DNA from: Camelus ferus
Lineage: Eukaryota
Assembly (NCBI RefSeq): GCF_009834535.1
Contig: NC_045707.1
Coordinates: forward strand, 51,214,001-51,278,000
Length of the DNA: 64,000 nt
Direction of reading: 5' to 3'
Shown here in pieces: positions 26,915-40,732 of this stretch (position 1 is the stretch's first letter; each line of letters starts with the position of its first letter). The position numbers and the translations under genes were made by a program. Under the pieces are notes generated by a model. That model saw only the letters and a list, made by a program, of their open reading frames with translations, was not told the origin of the DNA and searched no databases.

Positions 26915-28139
26915 GACTATTTTAAGATCCATAAGTAGAAGTTACTTTTCCTCTAAAATTCCAGAAAAACATTTTTGTACTTCTAAGTTATAACTAAAAA
27001 TTGATCTGATTGCTGCCTGACCTACAAATTCCATAGTCTTCACAGAGATTGAATTTCTGTTTGTAGAAAATCAAACTGAAATAACTTCAGGAACTGTAAG
27101 ATCAGAGTTACAGAGAGGTCTTAGTAAAACAGGTCGGCAAGAGCACTGGAAACTTTCATACAGAATTCCTTGCATTGCTTTAGTCTTCTGACATCTGTGA
27201 GTATCAGGAAGATGAACAAGAGGTTGAGTGACACTGTTGTTCTTATTTTCCAAAATGTCCTTATACATGACATAACTTTAGTAGCTCATAGATAAGTTTC
27301 TCTTTCATTTTACTTTAACTATGAAGATTTATTAATGGTCTATAAAGAATGTCTAGAGAAGTTCAATGATTTTCACTTTCCTCAGGATGAACATTTCATA
27401 TTGTTTTGTTTAAATATACGTAATTTTTATTTATTCATTTTATTACTCTTTTTAAAATAAGGAAATTGTGCATACAGTAAAAAAAAATGAATTTCATTAT
27501 CAAGCTTATAAGAAAAACAATAGGTACACTCCCCTCATTCCAGGCCCAAATCCCAAAGTCTGTTTTGGTTCTTCTGGTGGCTGCATTTGAAAATCTAAAC
27601 AATATGTTTACACTATTTTACTTAACTTCTCTCTGGAAAATATGGAAGTGTACTCTGCACTCAGGCATGTGCCTCTTCTACTCCAAGCTGGCCTCTGCTG
27701 GCCTTCCAGGAGGATAGTCATTATTTTCACTTTTCCCATAAGTCATTCTTTATCAGTTAATACTAGATTAAGCATCCAATTCTTGTTTCATTGGCTTTAG
27801 ACAATGCTTTTGTTTTTCTTTTTCCATTACGCACAGTAAGTTTATTACAGCTCTATTTCTTCCCCACTTCTTCTAATATCTATTAGTGGGGCTTTTTTTT
27901 TTTTGTGGTTGAGGTTAATAACATTTATTTTTATAACTGTCTCTATTGATTAATTTAAAAATACAAAAAACAGTAAATAGCATTCACATTATATTCATAT
28001 GGCAAATCTTCTTCCCTGTTCATCCTTTAGGGGATGCTAGGAATGCATTTTCATCTTCATACGTCCAAAGGAATGACCTCTCTTTCATCAAAGGTGATTG
28101 TTCTTAGAATTAACATTTTACTACTCATACCCTATCAAT

Positions 28140-28380
28140 TTAGTCATCGATTTACTTAACACATATTTATTGAGTGCCCACTATGTGGCAGGCACAATGA
28201 AGGCACTGAGTAAACAGTAGTGAATGACACAAATAGAAATTTCTATCTCCATGAAGTAAAAACAGAGTATAAGAGGGTGGTGATGATTGTGGTTATAATT
28301 TAAAATATGGTAGTTAGAGAACACCTCCTTAAGTACAGGGTATTTGAACAAGTTATAAAGGAAGTGAGGGAAGGAACAGT
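28140..28380 (-). mobile_element. L2 3' fragment
   Basis: catatttattgagtgcccactatgtggcaggcac...agtagtgaatgacaca. Confidence 0.8.
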
Positions 28381-28451
28381 TTGTGGACAGGACATGCCTA
28401 TCGACAAACTAATTTTATCAAGTGTGCAGGGAGTGGAGACTTGTTTGAGTA

Positions 28452-28889
28452 GTGTTAAAGTCAGCCTTTGTTGTATACAAACACCCCCAAATTCAGTGGC
28501 TAACCATCACCACCACAAAGTACTTCTCAGACTCTTCTGCTAGTCTCATCTGGGCTCACTCATGTGGGTCCATTCAGGAGGAAGTTCAGCTGGGATTGAT
28601 GGTCTCAAGTTTTGAGGCTCAGATAGCAGGGCTGGAAAGACAGGAAGCTGGGGCAGTCCTCTTCATGTGGTCTTCCATGCTGGGTTTCTTCACATGATGA
28701 CAGAAGTAGAATTCCAGGAGGATGAAGACAGGAGTTTAGGAACTTGCACAGTGTCAATTTTGCCACATTCTATAGGTCAAAATAAGTCACAAGAAGCAGA
28801 TGGAGAATCGAGAGATGGGAAAAGAGATTCTACTTCTCAATAGGAGGAGCTTCGAAATATTATAGCCATGTTGTCTTCCATGTTTTGTA

Positions 28890-28890
<1 letters not shown>
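28452..28890 (-). mobile_element. MaLR LTR (MLT1I/J-like)
   Basis: aaacacccccaaattcagtggctaac...ctgggctcactcatgtgg...cttcatgtggtct...aacttgcacagtgtcaattttgccacattctataggtcaaaataagtcaca. Confidence 0.7.
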
Positions 28891-29834
<944 letters not shown>

Positions 29835-29836
<2 letters not shown>

Positions 29837-30897
29837 CACCACTTCTATTCAATATAGTATTGGAAGTCCTAGCTATAGCAATTAGCCAAGAAAAAGAAAT
29901 AAAAAGGATCCAAATTGAAAAAGAAGAGGTAAAATTGCCATTATATGCGGATGACATAATACTATATATAGAAAACCCTAAAAGCTCCACACAAAAACCA
30001 TTACAGCTGATAAAATAATTCAGTAAGGTAGTAGGATACAAGATTAATATACACAAATCAGCTGCATTTCTTTACACTAACAATAAAATAGCAGAAAAGG
30101 AAAGTAAAGAAACAATCCCTTTTAAAATTGTATCCAAAAAATAAAATGCTTAGGAATAAATCTAACCAAGGAAGTGAAAGACTTACATGCAGAGAACTAT
30201 AAAACATTGACTAAGGATATTAAAGATGACTGAAAGTAATAGAAAGATATCCAATATTCCTGCATTGGAAGGATTAATATTGTTAAAATGGCCATACTAC
30301 CCAAAGCAATATACAGATTTAATGCAATCCCTATCAAATTACCCAAGACATTTTTTATAGAACTAGAACAAATAATCCTAAAATTTATATGGAAATCACA
30401 AAAGACCCAGAATTGCCAAAGCAATACGGAAGAAAAAGAATGAAGCTGGAGTCATAACCCTCCCAGACTTCAGATAATACTAAAGACCTACAGTAGTCAA
30501 AACAGCATGTTATTGGTACCAAAACAGACATATGGATCAATGGAACAGAAAAGAGAGACCAGAAATAAACCTACAAACTTTCGGTCAATCAATCTTTGTC
30601 AAAGGAGCCAAGAACATACAATAAAGTAAAGACAGCCTCTTCAGCAAATGGTGTTGGGATAACCGGACAGCTGCATGTATATCAGTGAAGTTAGAATACT
30701 CCCTCAGACTATACAGAAAAATAAACTCAAAATGGCTTAAAGACTTAAACATAAGACAAGACACTATGAACCTCTTAGAAGAAAACACAGGCAAAACATT
30801 ATCCAACATAAATCTCATCAATGTTCTCCCAGGGCAGTCTACCCAGGCAATAGAAATAAAAGCAAAAATAAACAAATGGGACCTAATGAAACTGAAA
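29835..30897 (+). mobile_element. Young L1: ORF2 RT-to-thumb segment (inverted 5' arm), pseudogenised
   Basis: [13 protein letters not shown]...[20 protein letters not shown] (RT YADD motif) through INKWDLMKLK; contains stop codons. Confidence 0.95.
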
Positions 30898-31249
30898 TGT
30901 TAATTTTAAAATATAAATAGCAATATTTATTTGGGTCAAAATAAAATTAAATTTTAATTTTTATAGTTCCATATTATAAGAAATGCATTTTCAAGTGTTC
31001 AAAATCTATTACAATTTTTCTTGTTAAGATATTTTCTTCAGCTTTGCTTGCTTTCTTTTCTTTCTATCAATTATAAAACCTCCACTTTGAAAAAACTTTA
31101 TTAAAAAAACAAACCTGGTGATACGTCAGGAACGTGACAAAAATCTCTTTCATTATCATTGTAGAAAAAAAAATATAGCAGTCAAATCAAAGATCAATTT
31201 GGAGCTGGTTTAGTATGTTTAGACGTAGAGAAATATTGATTAACCATCC

Positions 31250-32110
31250 ACATTTTAATCAATAACTTGGAGGATGACAGAGAAACCATGTTACTAAAGT
31301 TTGTTACTGACGAAATGCTAGGTGAGATAACTAATATGATGGGTGATAAAAGTAACATTTAAAATAATCTCAGTAGAAATGGGTGAAGGTGGTCAAACTT
31401 TCAGTATGAGATAAATAAATCCTGGAGATGTAATGTACAGCATGGTGACTATAATTAGCAATACTTTATTATAAATTTGAAAGTTACTAACAGAGTAGAT
31501 CTGTGTAACCATGTATGATGATGAATGTTAATTAAACTTATTATGGTAATCATTTTGCAATATATACACATATAAAATCATAATGTTGTACCATTAAAAC
31601 TAATATAATTTATGTCAATTATATCTCAAAAAATAAAAAAGAAAAAATGATCTCAATAATTCAGCATACAGGCTGAGATGAGTAAGATGCAATTTAATGG
31701 GATGAAGGTAAACGTCAGTATTTTGGTATAATATGAATTGTCATTCTATAGAACGAACCGTAGCAGCAGTATGGTGACTGCGAGTTTTAATTCACTATAA
31801 CCTGAATTTGAGCCAATGATATTTTGTTGGCAAATGCTTTTTAAGAATTAGTCTGTTCTTAGTTTGGACTAGTTGAAATGCAAAGAATACATCATAAGAA
31901 GTATGTATCTGATTATTCTCTGTGCTAGACAAGACTCTTGGCATTATTGTATTCAGTTTTTAATCATATTTGAAGAGACTTACAACTGGAATTTGTCAAA
32001 TAGACAGCCATTTGGATTGTGAAGTTGGTGAGGTCTGGAAACCATATCATGGAAAGAAGTACTGAAAGCCTCTAGAATTATGAGTGTGAAGAACAAAAGA
32101 CTGAAGGCAA
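31250..32110 (+). mobile_element. L3/CR1 LINE fragment (interrupted)
   Basis: aaagtttgttactgacgaaatgctagg...taagatgcaatttaatgggatgaaggtaaacgtc resembles the CR1 RT region (KFADDTKL...MKFN.DKCKV). Confidence 0.6.
31376..31643 (+). mobile_element. 5'-truncated L1 (L1MA8/9-like) 3' end with A-rich tail and imperfect TSD
   Basis: ggagatgtaatgtacagcatggtgactata...tatgtcaattatatctcaaaaaataaaaaagaaa; TSD AAAATAATCTCAGTA (31361) versus AAAATGATCTCAATA (31644). Confidence 0.88.
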
Positions 32111-32184
32111 TTTCTCTTCTAGGAAGTCTTGCATGATTTCTGTGTTTGCCCAAGATCCCCTCTTCTTTGCCTATCCCACATACT

Positions 32185-32770
32185 GTAAGTTCATTAACTC
32201 ATTCCACTAAGAATTGTGTGGGATGCCTGCTATATGCCATGTGCTGTTCTACACTGTGAGGCACACAGTGATGAAGAAAACAGATAAGATTCCTGTGGGT
32301 GTCACCGACATCATATAAGTACACACATTAGGGATAAGTGCCATAAGAAAGTAAAACGGGGCATGGTAATAAAGCGTAATTAAAGAGGGGGTGCTTTTTT
32401 ATATCTTGGTTATGGAAGGCCCCTCTGAGGAGGTAACATTTGACATGAAATGAATTACAGGATGAAATCAGCCAAGACCTAAGATTGGCATCTTCCTTGC
32501 AGAGGGATTAGTGAAGGCAAAGGTCTTCCGTTGTAAGGATGAGCTTGGCTCATAGCAGGAGCAAGGAATAGAATGGCAGGAGATGAAACTGAAAATATAA
32601 GTAGGGATATTTCTTGTAAAAAGTTTAAACTGTGGTAATGAGTGCATGAGACGTTTATAGGAGGTCTGAACTGGGGAATTCCATGATTAGATCTGTAGCT
32701 ATGAGGCGACTATGAGGTGTATTGATTGCAGGGAAAAGAATGGAAGAAAGGAAACACTTAGGAAGCACTT
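32185..32770 (-). mobile_element. L2 fragment
   Basis: gcctgctatatgccatgtgctgttcta...ggaaggcccctctgaggaggtaacatttga...tgcagagggattagtgaaggcaaaggtc. Confidence 0.75.
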
Positions 32771-33411
32771 TATTTGTAGCACTTTCCGTGTTATAGAAAT
32801 GTTATTTGCTTATTATACATACTCATTTCCCTCTAAACTGTAGCTTCCTCAAGAACAAGAATCATACCTTATTTATTTTTGTGTCCAGCACCTAGAAAAA
32901 TATCTGGAACCCAAGAAATACTCAATAAATTCTTTCTCACACGAATCTCTGCATTTGTCCAAGGGTCTCTCTTAAGGTTTTAATTTTATTCTGTCTGTTC
33001 TCTTAAATGGAATAAATAATATTTGGAAACCTAATAATGTCTATTTCTGTCACTAGGAATGGAATCAAAGAAAGCTGGTTCACAATAACAGCAGAATGAA
33101 GCAGACATATAGATGAAGCAAAGAACAAGGTGTTTGTCCCTTATGGTACTGCATTAGCTTGTTCCAGCTTATTCCTGATTGTATTATGACTTTCAGTGTC
33201 AGGAGACCATACCTGAATCTTTATAATAAACTAGTTCTCCTACTTTTATGTTCCATTAACTGGTATTAATTTCTGTTACTTGCAAAGGAAAGAGTCCTAG
33301 GATTAACTCTCAATTTTTACTCACTTATTGAATGATTTGGGGCAAGCTATTTAACTTCTTTTAGTTTCCTATTTCCTTAAAACATGTTTGATAAAATTGT
33401 AATACCTGATG

Positions 33412-33917
33412 ATAATACAAATTCAGATAAAGCAATTAGCACTGAGTTTTTATGTCTAGCTTCTAGGAATCATACTATGTGTGGAGAGTAGCCACGATGA
33501 GATCTGAATGGGAGCAAAAGGCCAGACAAGTGAATGACACGCTAGCCCATTTGGGGAAGAGGGAAGAACGAGAGCGAGTTCCCAAGTCCCTAGCACTTTC
33601 TTAGCCCAGTCACTTCATATCTGTCTGACCAAATGGGCTTTGAAAGATTCTGGAAACTACTGCCTATGACCTGGAAGTCCAAATCATCATTGTCACACAC
33701 GGAAATAAGTAAGCCGGAGTTGACAACTGTCACCAGGTGATACACAGCTACAGTTGGGACCAGGATGGCTGCATTTTTCACCTCACTCTTCACCCCACCA
33801 ATATCTTGTCCAGGCTCAACCCAGTCATTTAGTTACACTTGCAGTAACATTACTTCATATATTATACAGTTGAAACTGTTATACATCACTTACTACACTA
33901 TGGTGGGGTTTTGCTAT
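33412..33917. mobile_element. Probable TcMar-Tigger MITE inserted in a MIR
   Basis: GC-richer block ending ggggttttgctaTA (Tigger-like terminus with TA site), flanked by MIR 5' (33300-33410) and 3' (33930-34030) halves. Confidence 0.5.
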
Positions 33918-35204
33918 AATAAAATCTATCAATAATTTATTAAGAAAATTAAATGAGACTGTATATATAAAGTTCTTGGTGTGCGTCATTATATACCCAA
34001 TAAGTGTGAAACCAATATCAATCATTGTTATTATTATAATCCTCAAAATTAGTTACTACAGTTGGAGGATAAACATGTAAAGGGGTTGAAATTCAACATG
34101 GTTAATTCTAACATTTCTTTTATATTTGGAGAATAGAATTAATACAAATGGTTGAAGTAATAATCTGTGAATCTCACTTGTGTAAATCATTTATTCCTCC
34201 TCTATCCAGACTAATTGTGAGTTGGATGCATATTTAATATTTTCAAAAGGGGAACTGGCAGTGAGTTTGCTCTGTTGGCATTTTTGCTCATACATATTCT
34301 CTATCTATGCCTAGAGACAGTATTATTTTTACCTTCCTGTCATCACACTCATCTCTTTTATAAGAGCAATCATTTCAAAATATGAACATTTGGGATTTAG
34401 TTTATTCATTTTAAAGCACTCATCTTTTTTAACTTGTATTCATTTCTATTGAAATATGAAGTCTGTAGATTCTATGCTACTTAGAATTTGTAAAACAATT
34501 ATTACAAGTCTGATTTTATAAAGTATCTGAAGCTTTCAGAGTAATTAATTATTGATAACCCAGATGAATCAACCTATCAGGTCATAATAAATATTTAATA
34601 TTTTCTTGGAATGAAGTGATGCATTTCATGAAGTTTTTTTTTAATATCTTATCCTCTTCTGTGTTTAAATTTCTAGTGTCCTGTATTGCAATTAGATATA
34701 ATCCACTTCTAGTAAATCGACTTTTTTGGTCCTTATGTTTAATGTTATTTTAAATAAACTATAAATATAATATAGTTAATAACCATACATTTTTTCATTC
34801 AAATGTAGATGACTTTTAATTTATCTCTGGGATTGTTTGGGGTTTGATATTCTTTATAACAAGCAAAAAATTTCCTTTTTTTCCACAAAAACAGAATTGA
34901 ATATTTTCACTGTTCTGACTAGGTATGTTGATCAGTACAAAGTTACTCTTCAAAAGTTGTTTGGTTCAGATTAGTATTTATAAAGAATTTGTTAAACTCA
35001 AACTACAAAGTGCTGTTACCTGTCTCCTTGGGATCAATGGTATCCATAAACAAACTGCTATTCCATCATAAAAAATATCAAACTACTCAACAACATAAGC
35101 TTTTACCACAGCAGCTGCATTCAAACAATGAAATACCTAGAGTAATATTCTCTTTGTGTAAACATGTTTCAGAGTCTTTGCAGAATACAGTTGTGTTAGC
35201 AGCA

Positions 35205-35560
35205 TGATCCATTCATTCATTCATTCATCAACAATTAAACACGTACAAATACTCTGTGCACTCCCGCAGATTCTGAGCATGTAACAGTGAGAAGGACAGA
35301 CATGGTTTCTACCTCTGAGGGTGTAGTATGAGAGATAAACACAAGGCCAGTTACACAAAGGTGCTGCGATAATGAAAACACCCCTGAACTGACGTATATC
35401 CAGTGAATATAACTAACCCTGTGTGTATGAGTGTACATGTGGGGGTAGGAAGTAAGTAGAAATTTGCAAGGTGAAGTTGGGGGAAAATAGTTGAAACAGA
35501 AGGAAGGGTCCATGAAAACGGTCAGGGTTTTGAAAAAGGTAATTAGGAACAAAGGGAGGA
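35205..35560 (-). mobile_element. L2 3' end with (TTCA)n tail
   Basis: ccattcattcattcattcatcaacaatt...aacagtgagaaggacagacatggtttctacc. Confidence 0.75.
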
Positions 35561-38500
35561 AGGCATAATATAACAAAAAATATTGTTGTTTTAAATAAAC
35601 ATTAGTGACTAAGTAAACAAATGAAACAGGTAAGGGTGTGAGAGTAAGTGGAGAATTAAGAAATAGGGGAAGATGAAAAGAATAAAAAAGGAAGAGGAAG
35701 AAAACTCAAAATATAATATTAAAAATTAGAACATTTATGAATTTAATGTTTAAAAAGTAAGTGTGATAATGAATGGCAGGAATTGGTTAATGTGTTTCTA
35801 TGGGTGCTGTTTAATATTATTTCAGAAATATTTTCATTGCAGTATAGATTTGGGAAAAATTGGGCAAATTAATTTATCACAGGACTCTCTAGAGCCTGCA
35901 ATAGTCTAATGTACCCTGTGATTTTTCCGGTAAGCAATATTACTGTGAAGATTTTCCCCGTATTTCTTGACCATGATATTTTTTTCTTACTAGAACTATT
36001 TCCAGGGATTAAGCTTCTGAGAAACACAATAGGAAATATCATATTAACAGAGATATATCAAAAAACAAAATGGAAGGGAGATGGGGAATAAACCAACCTT
36101 AACTTGTTTTCCTGAATTTGACATCAGGTCTCCCTGGGAAAACCCCTTTCAAGTCTCAGTCATATCTCTTCCTGCCCAGTACTCGGCCTGCCATAATCTC
36201 CTTATTTCTCAAGCATAAATCCCATGGCGTCCTGTATGTATGTATGTATGTTTGTGTCTGTATAGATGTGTGCATATGTACATGTGTGGGTACGTACACA
36301 TATACACGCATATATTATGCCTGCATCTTTGGTTCTCCTTAAAAATCAGTTTTCTGGCTTCAAAGGGAAATGGTACACACTGATCAAAGATATTCAGCAA
36401 TTATAATAGCAGTTAAGAGTAGTGTATACACAAAAAAGTTGTAATAGAGATTTATGATGTAAAGTAAATATGAAAAATATAATAGGAAAAAAGGTAAAAA
36501 TGTGGAAAATGCTATAGAAATATTCCCCCAGTCTTCAAACATATTACAGCACAGAAACTCTTAAGGGATCCCTAACCAGGGTGTTTATGGATGCCATATG
36601 GAAATATTTCCTCTGCAGTGTGCCTGCATTGCTATTTAAATGGAGAATAAATGTTATGTTAGCAATATTTTTCTATAGCCTAGAATTGTTATTTTTTAAA
36701 TTTTTTTCTCCATTGCATCTGGATGGTAAATAAAAGATAAAATTCAGCTAGAGAAGTAGTTATTTATATAATCTTATGCAATAATATGATTTAAAAGGAA
36801 ACTTACAATTTTATTCTTGAAAGAATAAGCAATTTTTTTCTTTAAAAAAAATAATAACTTCAATTGGTAGATAAGTATGCACTCCAACAACAATAAAAAA
36901 AATTTTTATGGACTGTTATTCTATAACTTTAAGACAATGCTGCACATAACAATGAACCTTATACATTAAAGTGCTAATTCAAATAGGAAAATTCAGTAAC
37001 TTTGGAATTTCTAAAGCTATTATTCCTGGATGTCTATCCAAAGGATTTTGATAATGCACCAATTCCTTTTCATGATTTTTATCTACCAAATAAGAGTAAA
37101 GATGAAAATCATCTTACCATTGTTAACTTTTCATATTAGAAAGCACTGTCTATTATAAAGCATACTTCTCAGTCATAGGAAAATTGGAAAACAGAAAATT
37201 ACAGAAAGAATATTAAAACTGCAGATATCCAATCACCCAGTGCTAACCACTCTTAACATTTACCATATTTTTCTGCACATGGATTTTGTCTGCACGTCTC
37301 TATTTATGTGTTACATATACCCACAGTTTTACTTTCAACATAGCATCACACTGTATATATTTCAAGCCATATATTGTTGTTTTTTCCCCACCCCACCTGC
37401 ACTCAAGGCAGATTCTCATGTCTACTTAGACTTAAGTCCTGTAGTGTATTACATCGTATCCACAGCTTGCTTCCTTTCCTGAGCTCTGGCAGCCTCATCA
37501 TGTTGTCTGTTATTATCACTTCTCCCAGATACTGTTATTGCATACTGAACTGTGTGCCTACAACAAACCCTACTCTCTCCCCTATGGGGCCCCAGCAGAG
37601 CTGATTTCTGTGGAACTTCTGAAGCCTGAACATCCTTCTATACTTTGAGCAGGAGGGAAGAGAAGACCTTTCTTTCTCTAAATCCCTAAAATTATGTTTC
37701 CCTCAGTGTGTTTAAGCTGTGAGGTTTGGGCTCCAATATTGTTCAGATTTTTTTCTCTTTTAGAAAAGAACTTTTTTAGTCTTTACTTATAGTTGCAACT
37801 TCATTCCTCCATGAAATGAGGGGGTAGGGCAGGAGACACACCTACATGACAACTGTCACCGTGTGTTGAGAAAATACTCTTCTGTCACAGCACTTAAACT
37901 TTGTGATTTGGCCATGCTTACGACTTTCTGGTGCAGCAGTATACTATCCCTTGTCAGTTCTGCACCTCCAAGGTACAGAATATCATGTTTGGCAGATGAT
38001 AAGTCCTGAAAATGTGTGTGTGTGTGTTTGTGTGTAGGGAAGAAATAGCATTTGTGCATATGTATGTGTATGTGATGAGAGGTAGCCATTTTTCCCTGAA
38101 TAAATACTTATTATATTGGTAAAAAATGCAAAGAGAAATATATATTCTGTTTTAGTATGAAGAAGGATTCATTTTTGCTAAATATTGTACTATATTTTCC
38201 CCAAGTACTTCTCATATACATATGAGACACACACACATATATATATATTATATATATATATATTAAGACACTAAGGCACTCATATCATGGAAAGAAACCA
38301 GGTTCCCATCGGTTATCTGGAAACATAAAACTATACTACAGTGCAGGTGCAAAGCTATGCTGTAGGAAACTTTATATAATAAGGATGCAGAGCTCCTGCT
38401 CAGAGTGTATTACTGTTAGAAAAATCCCCAAAGAGGCTTTCAGTAATGTTACCCCATTCATCCTTTGTCTGAGACTTTAGGAAAGGGAAAATCTATTGAA

Positions 38501-39559
38501 ACCTTAGAAAATGGCTTATTTCATGGAAGATAGAAACACAGTTCTCAGAACTCCCAGTTTCACTGAAATTTCTGGTTCTTTTCAACTGACTTGCATCATT
38601 TTCTGTCCAAAAAAATCACATTTCACAGAGATTTTGGACATTCTTTTAATGATTTTGGGATGCACCCTGGGCCCCAACTCATTAAACAGTCCTGTCAACT
38701 TTCATCAAATAACTTTCTAGTCCCTGCCTAGTAAGTGATGTAAAGTTCTAGAACTACTGCCCTTTTTGAGGGGTACAAATGAAATATGCCTGTTTTCATC
38801 CCCAGAGCCTCACCAACCAGGAAATTCCAAGATGCCACAGCCTGCTGCTCATTGTTTAAAAAATGCAAACAATTTTCTTTAAATAGCAGACACTGGTCAA
38901 CTTATTATCTACCATATTTTGAAATTTCCTAAAAGCCACCATGTAAGCCTACATGCAGATTTGGCCATTAGCCACGATAACATTAAGTAAAAGATATAAT
39001 TTACATTTATAATATATAGTTTTACATGAATAAATCCAAGTTATAGTTCTTCTACATATTTATTTCTAATCTGTCAAGTATTCGTATTTCTGAGTTATAT
39101 GTCACTAAAAATGTTTCAGTTAATTTCTCATGTTATTTCAAATATTAAATAAAAGAAGAAAATATAAAATAAAAATTTTAAATGCAATAATTTTCAATTA
39201 TTCTTAAATAATTAAACAGTCTCAAAACACTGCTGAGGGTAATTTTTAATCAATATAAAGTCCTCGTTACTGAATTCATACTAGCTAAGGATGCACAACG
39301 TTTACTTAAGCTGTTCAATTATGCAGTGGACACCCCAGAATCATTAGACATCCTTCTCATCAAGTTATCTTTTCCAAAGAGCAACTGATTTTTGCTCCCT
39401 GTTATAATCTTTCAATTATCTGTAGGTGAATCTAAAACTCAGCTTTTTGAGGTCAATCTTGTCAGTCGTGGTGTTTTTTTGTAAACATTAATAAATATAT
39501 GGAACATATATTGTTGTCTAAGTTCAAAAAAAAGAACATCAATGGAGAATCCTTAACTC

Positions 39560-40732
39560 CAAGAGACTACTGGATACAAGGTCAATTAAAGAAAGAAGTG
39601 CTCTTCCTTTGATTCTGGGATCATGAATGAATTGGCACTACACAGTCCTCTACTTGCATGCACCATTCCAGGATACCAGAAATGGCGGGAGTCAGTACGA
39701 CCCTGGCCACCAGTGGAGTGCAACCACATTTCTGTCCGGCCATATTTTGGGGGCCCCTAACCCTACAATTGAGCTGCGTGAACACACAAGAACCCGCGTG
39801 CCTTCGTCAGGCAGAAAGGTGCGTCACATCTCCGGACACAAGACAAGAAGTCGATAGCTGTTCCTGGGAGAGAAACTGGCGACAACCAGCGAGCACCCGA
39901 AAGCGAATTTACGAGTCACAATTTAAAGATTTAAATCTTGCGAATGTTTTTTTTCCATTCTAATCTGAAAGGAGAGGACGACGTGAAATTTTCCCTTCCT
40001 CTCCTGACCAGGCACCACATAGAGAAACCTAGGAGAGCTGACTTTAATGAGACTTCTTACCCTTCGCCGGCTTCGGCCAGTTTGCTCAGGATTCTGCAGG
40101 CTCCGGAGCAGGTGGGGTGTCCCAGCGGGTCGCGACAAACTGAAGAGGAGGAAAAATAATTTTCCCTCGACCCTTTACTGTGCGTGCTTGGCAGAGACCC
40201 CATGTTCTGTAGGGCGCCTCGTAAATGGAAAAGCTTGTCCAGGTTAAAAGTTCTCTGCTGTGGCCGCTGTACTTAAACATTATCTTGGATAAGATTATCC
40301 TGCTTGTTCGGCCTTAAAACAAAGTTTTGTTCACCTGAGGCTTCACGCTGGGCCCCGTCGAGCTTAAGCTGGATGCAGTCTGACCCGGAACCAGTGTTGG
40401 TTCTAACTCGACTGTGGTCGGAACGTGGACCCGGTCCCGTTTCTAAGTCGGACCCGGTCCAGTTTTTCAGTCGGACCCACTCCAACTCTGGCCATTTCCA
40501 GACGAGTCTAGAAAAGAAATGTTCAAGTAAAGCCTGAAAGCTCCTAAGACAGAAGCCCTGGAGGCTCCTAGAGGAACGGACCCGGCTCTTCCTGAGGCGG
40601 CGCAAACGCAGCGCGAAGGCAGCGCGAAGGCAGCGAGCCCAGGGGCTCTGCAGGTACCCTGTCTGGTTAATCATGGCGTCTGGACCCGGGGGGTCTCCTT
40701 CGGTTCCCGCCTCTTACTGTTACTAACAGAAC
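39560..40732 (-). mobile_element. ERV1 (MER34/MER4-group-like) internal 5' region: degenerate PBS, leader, gag matrix remnant
   Basis: Minus strand 40299-40204 reads DNLIQDNV*VQRPQQRTFNLDKLFHLRGALQN, like ERV1 Gag matrix (W..GSFNLDK..HLR); leader carries ggaccgggtcc repeats and aatatggccggacagaaatgtgg, recalled from MER4-group internals; no 3' LTR seen. Confidence 0.75.
39680..40712. promoter_or_regulatory. CpG-island-like segment, candidate promoter
   Basis: About 58 CpG in about 1030 bp by hand count, versus roughly 1 or fewer per 100 bp elsewhere; motifs AAATGGCGG (39680), TTCCCGCC (40704-40711), TCGCGA (40130). Confidence 0.7.

Noticed and set aside
39704..39722. CTCF-like TGGCCACCAGTGGAGTGC
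   Set aside because: The 3' half departs from CCASYAGRKGGCRS at several core positions.
40721..40729. Perfect branch-point TACTAAC followed by AG
   Set aside because: No pyrimidine tract between branch point and AG; it is part of the small inverted repeat at the PBS.
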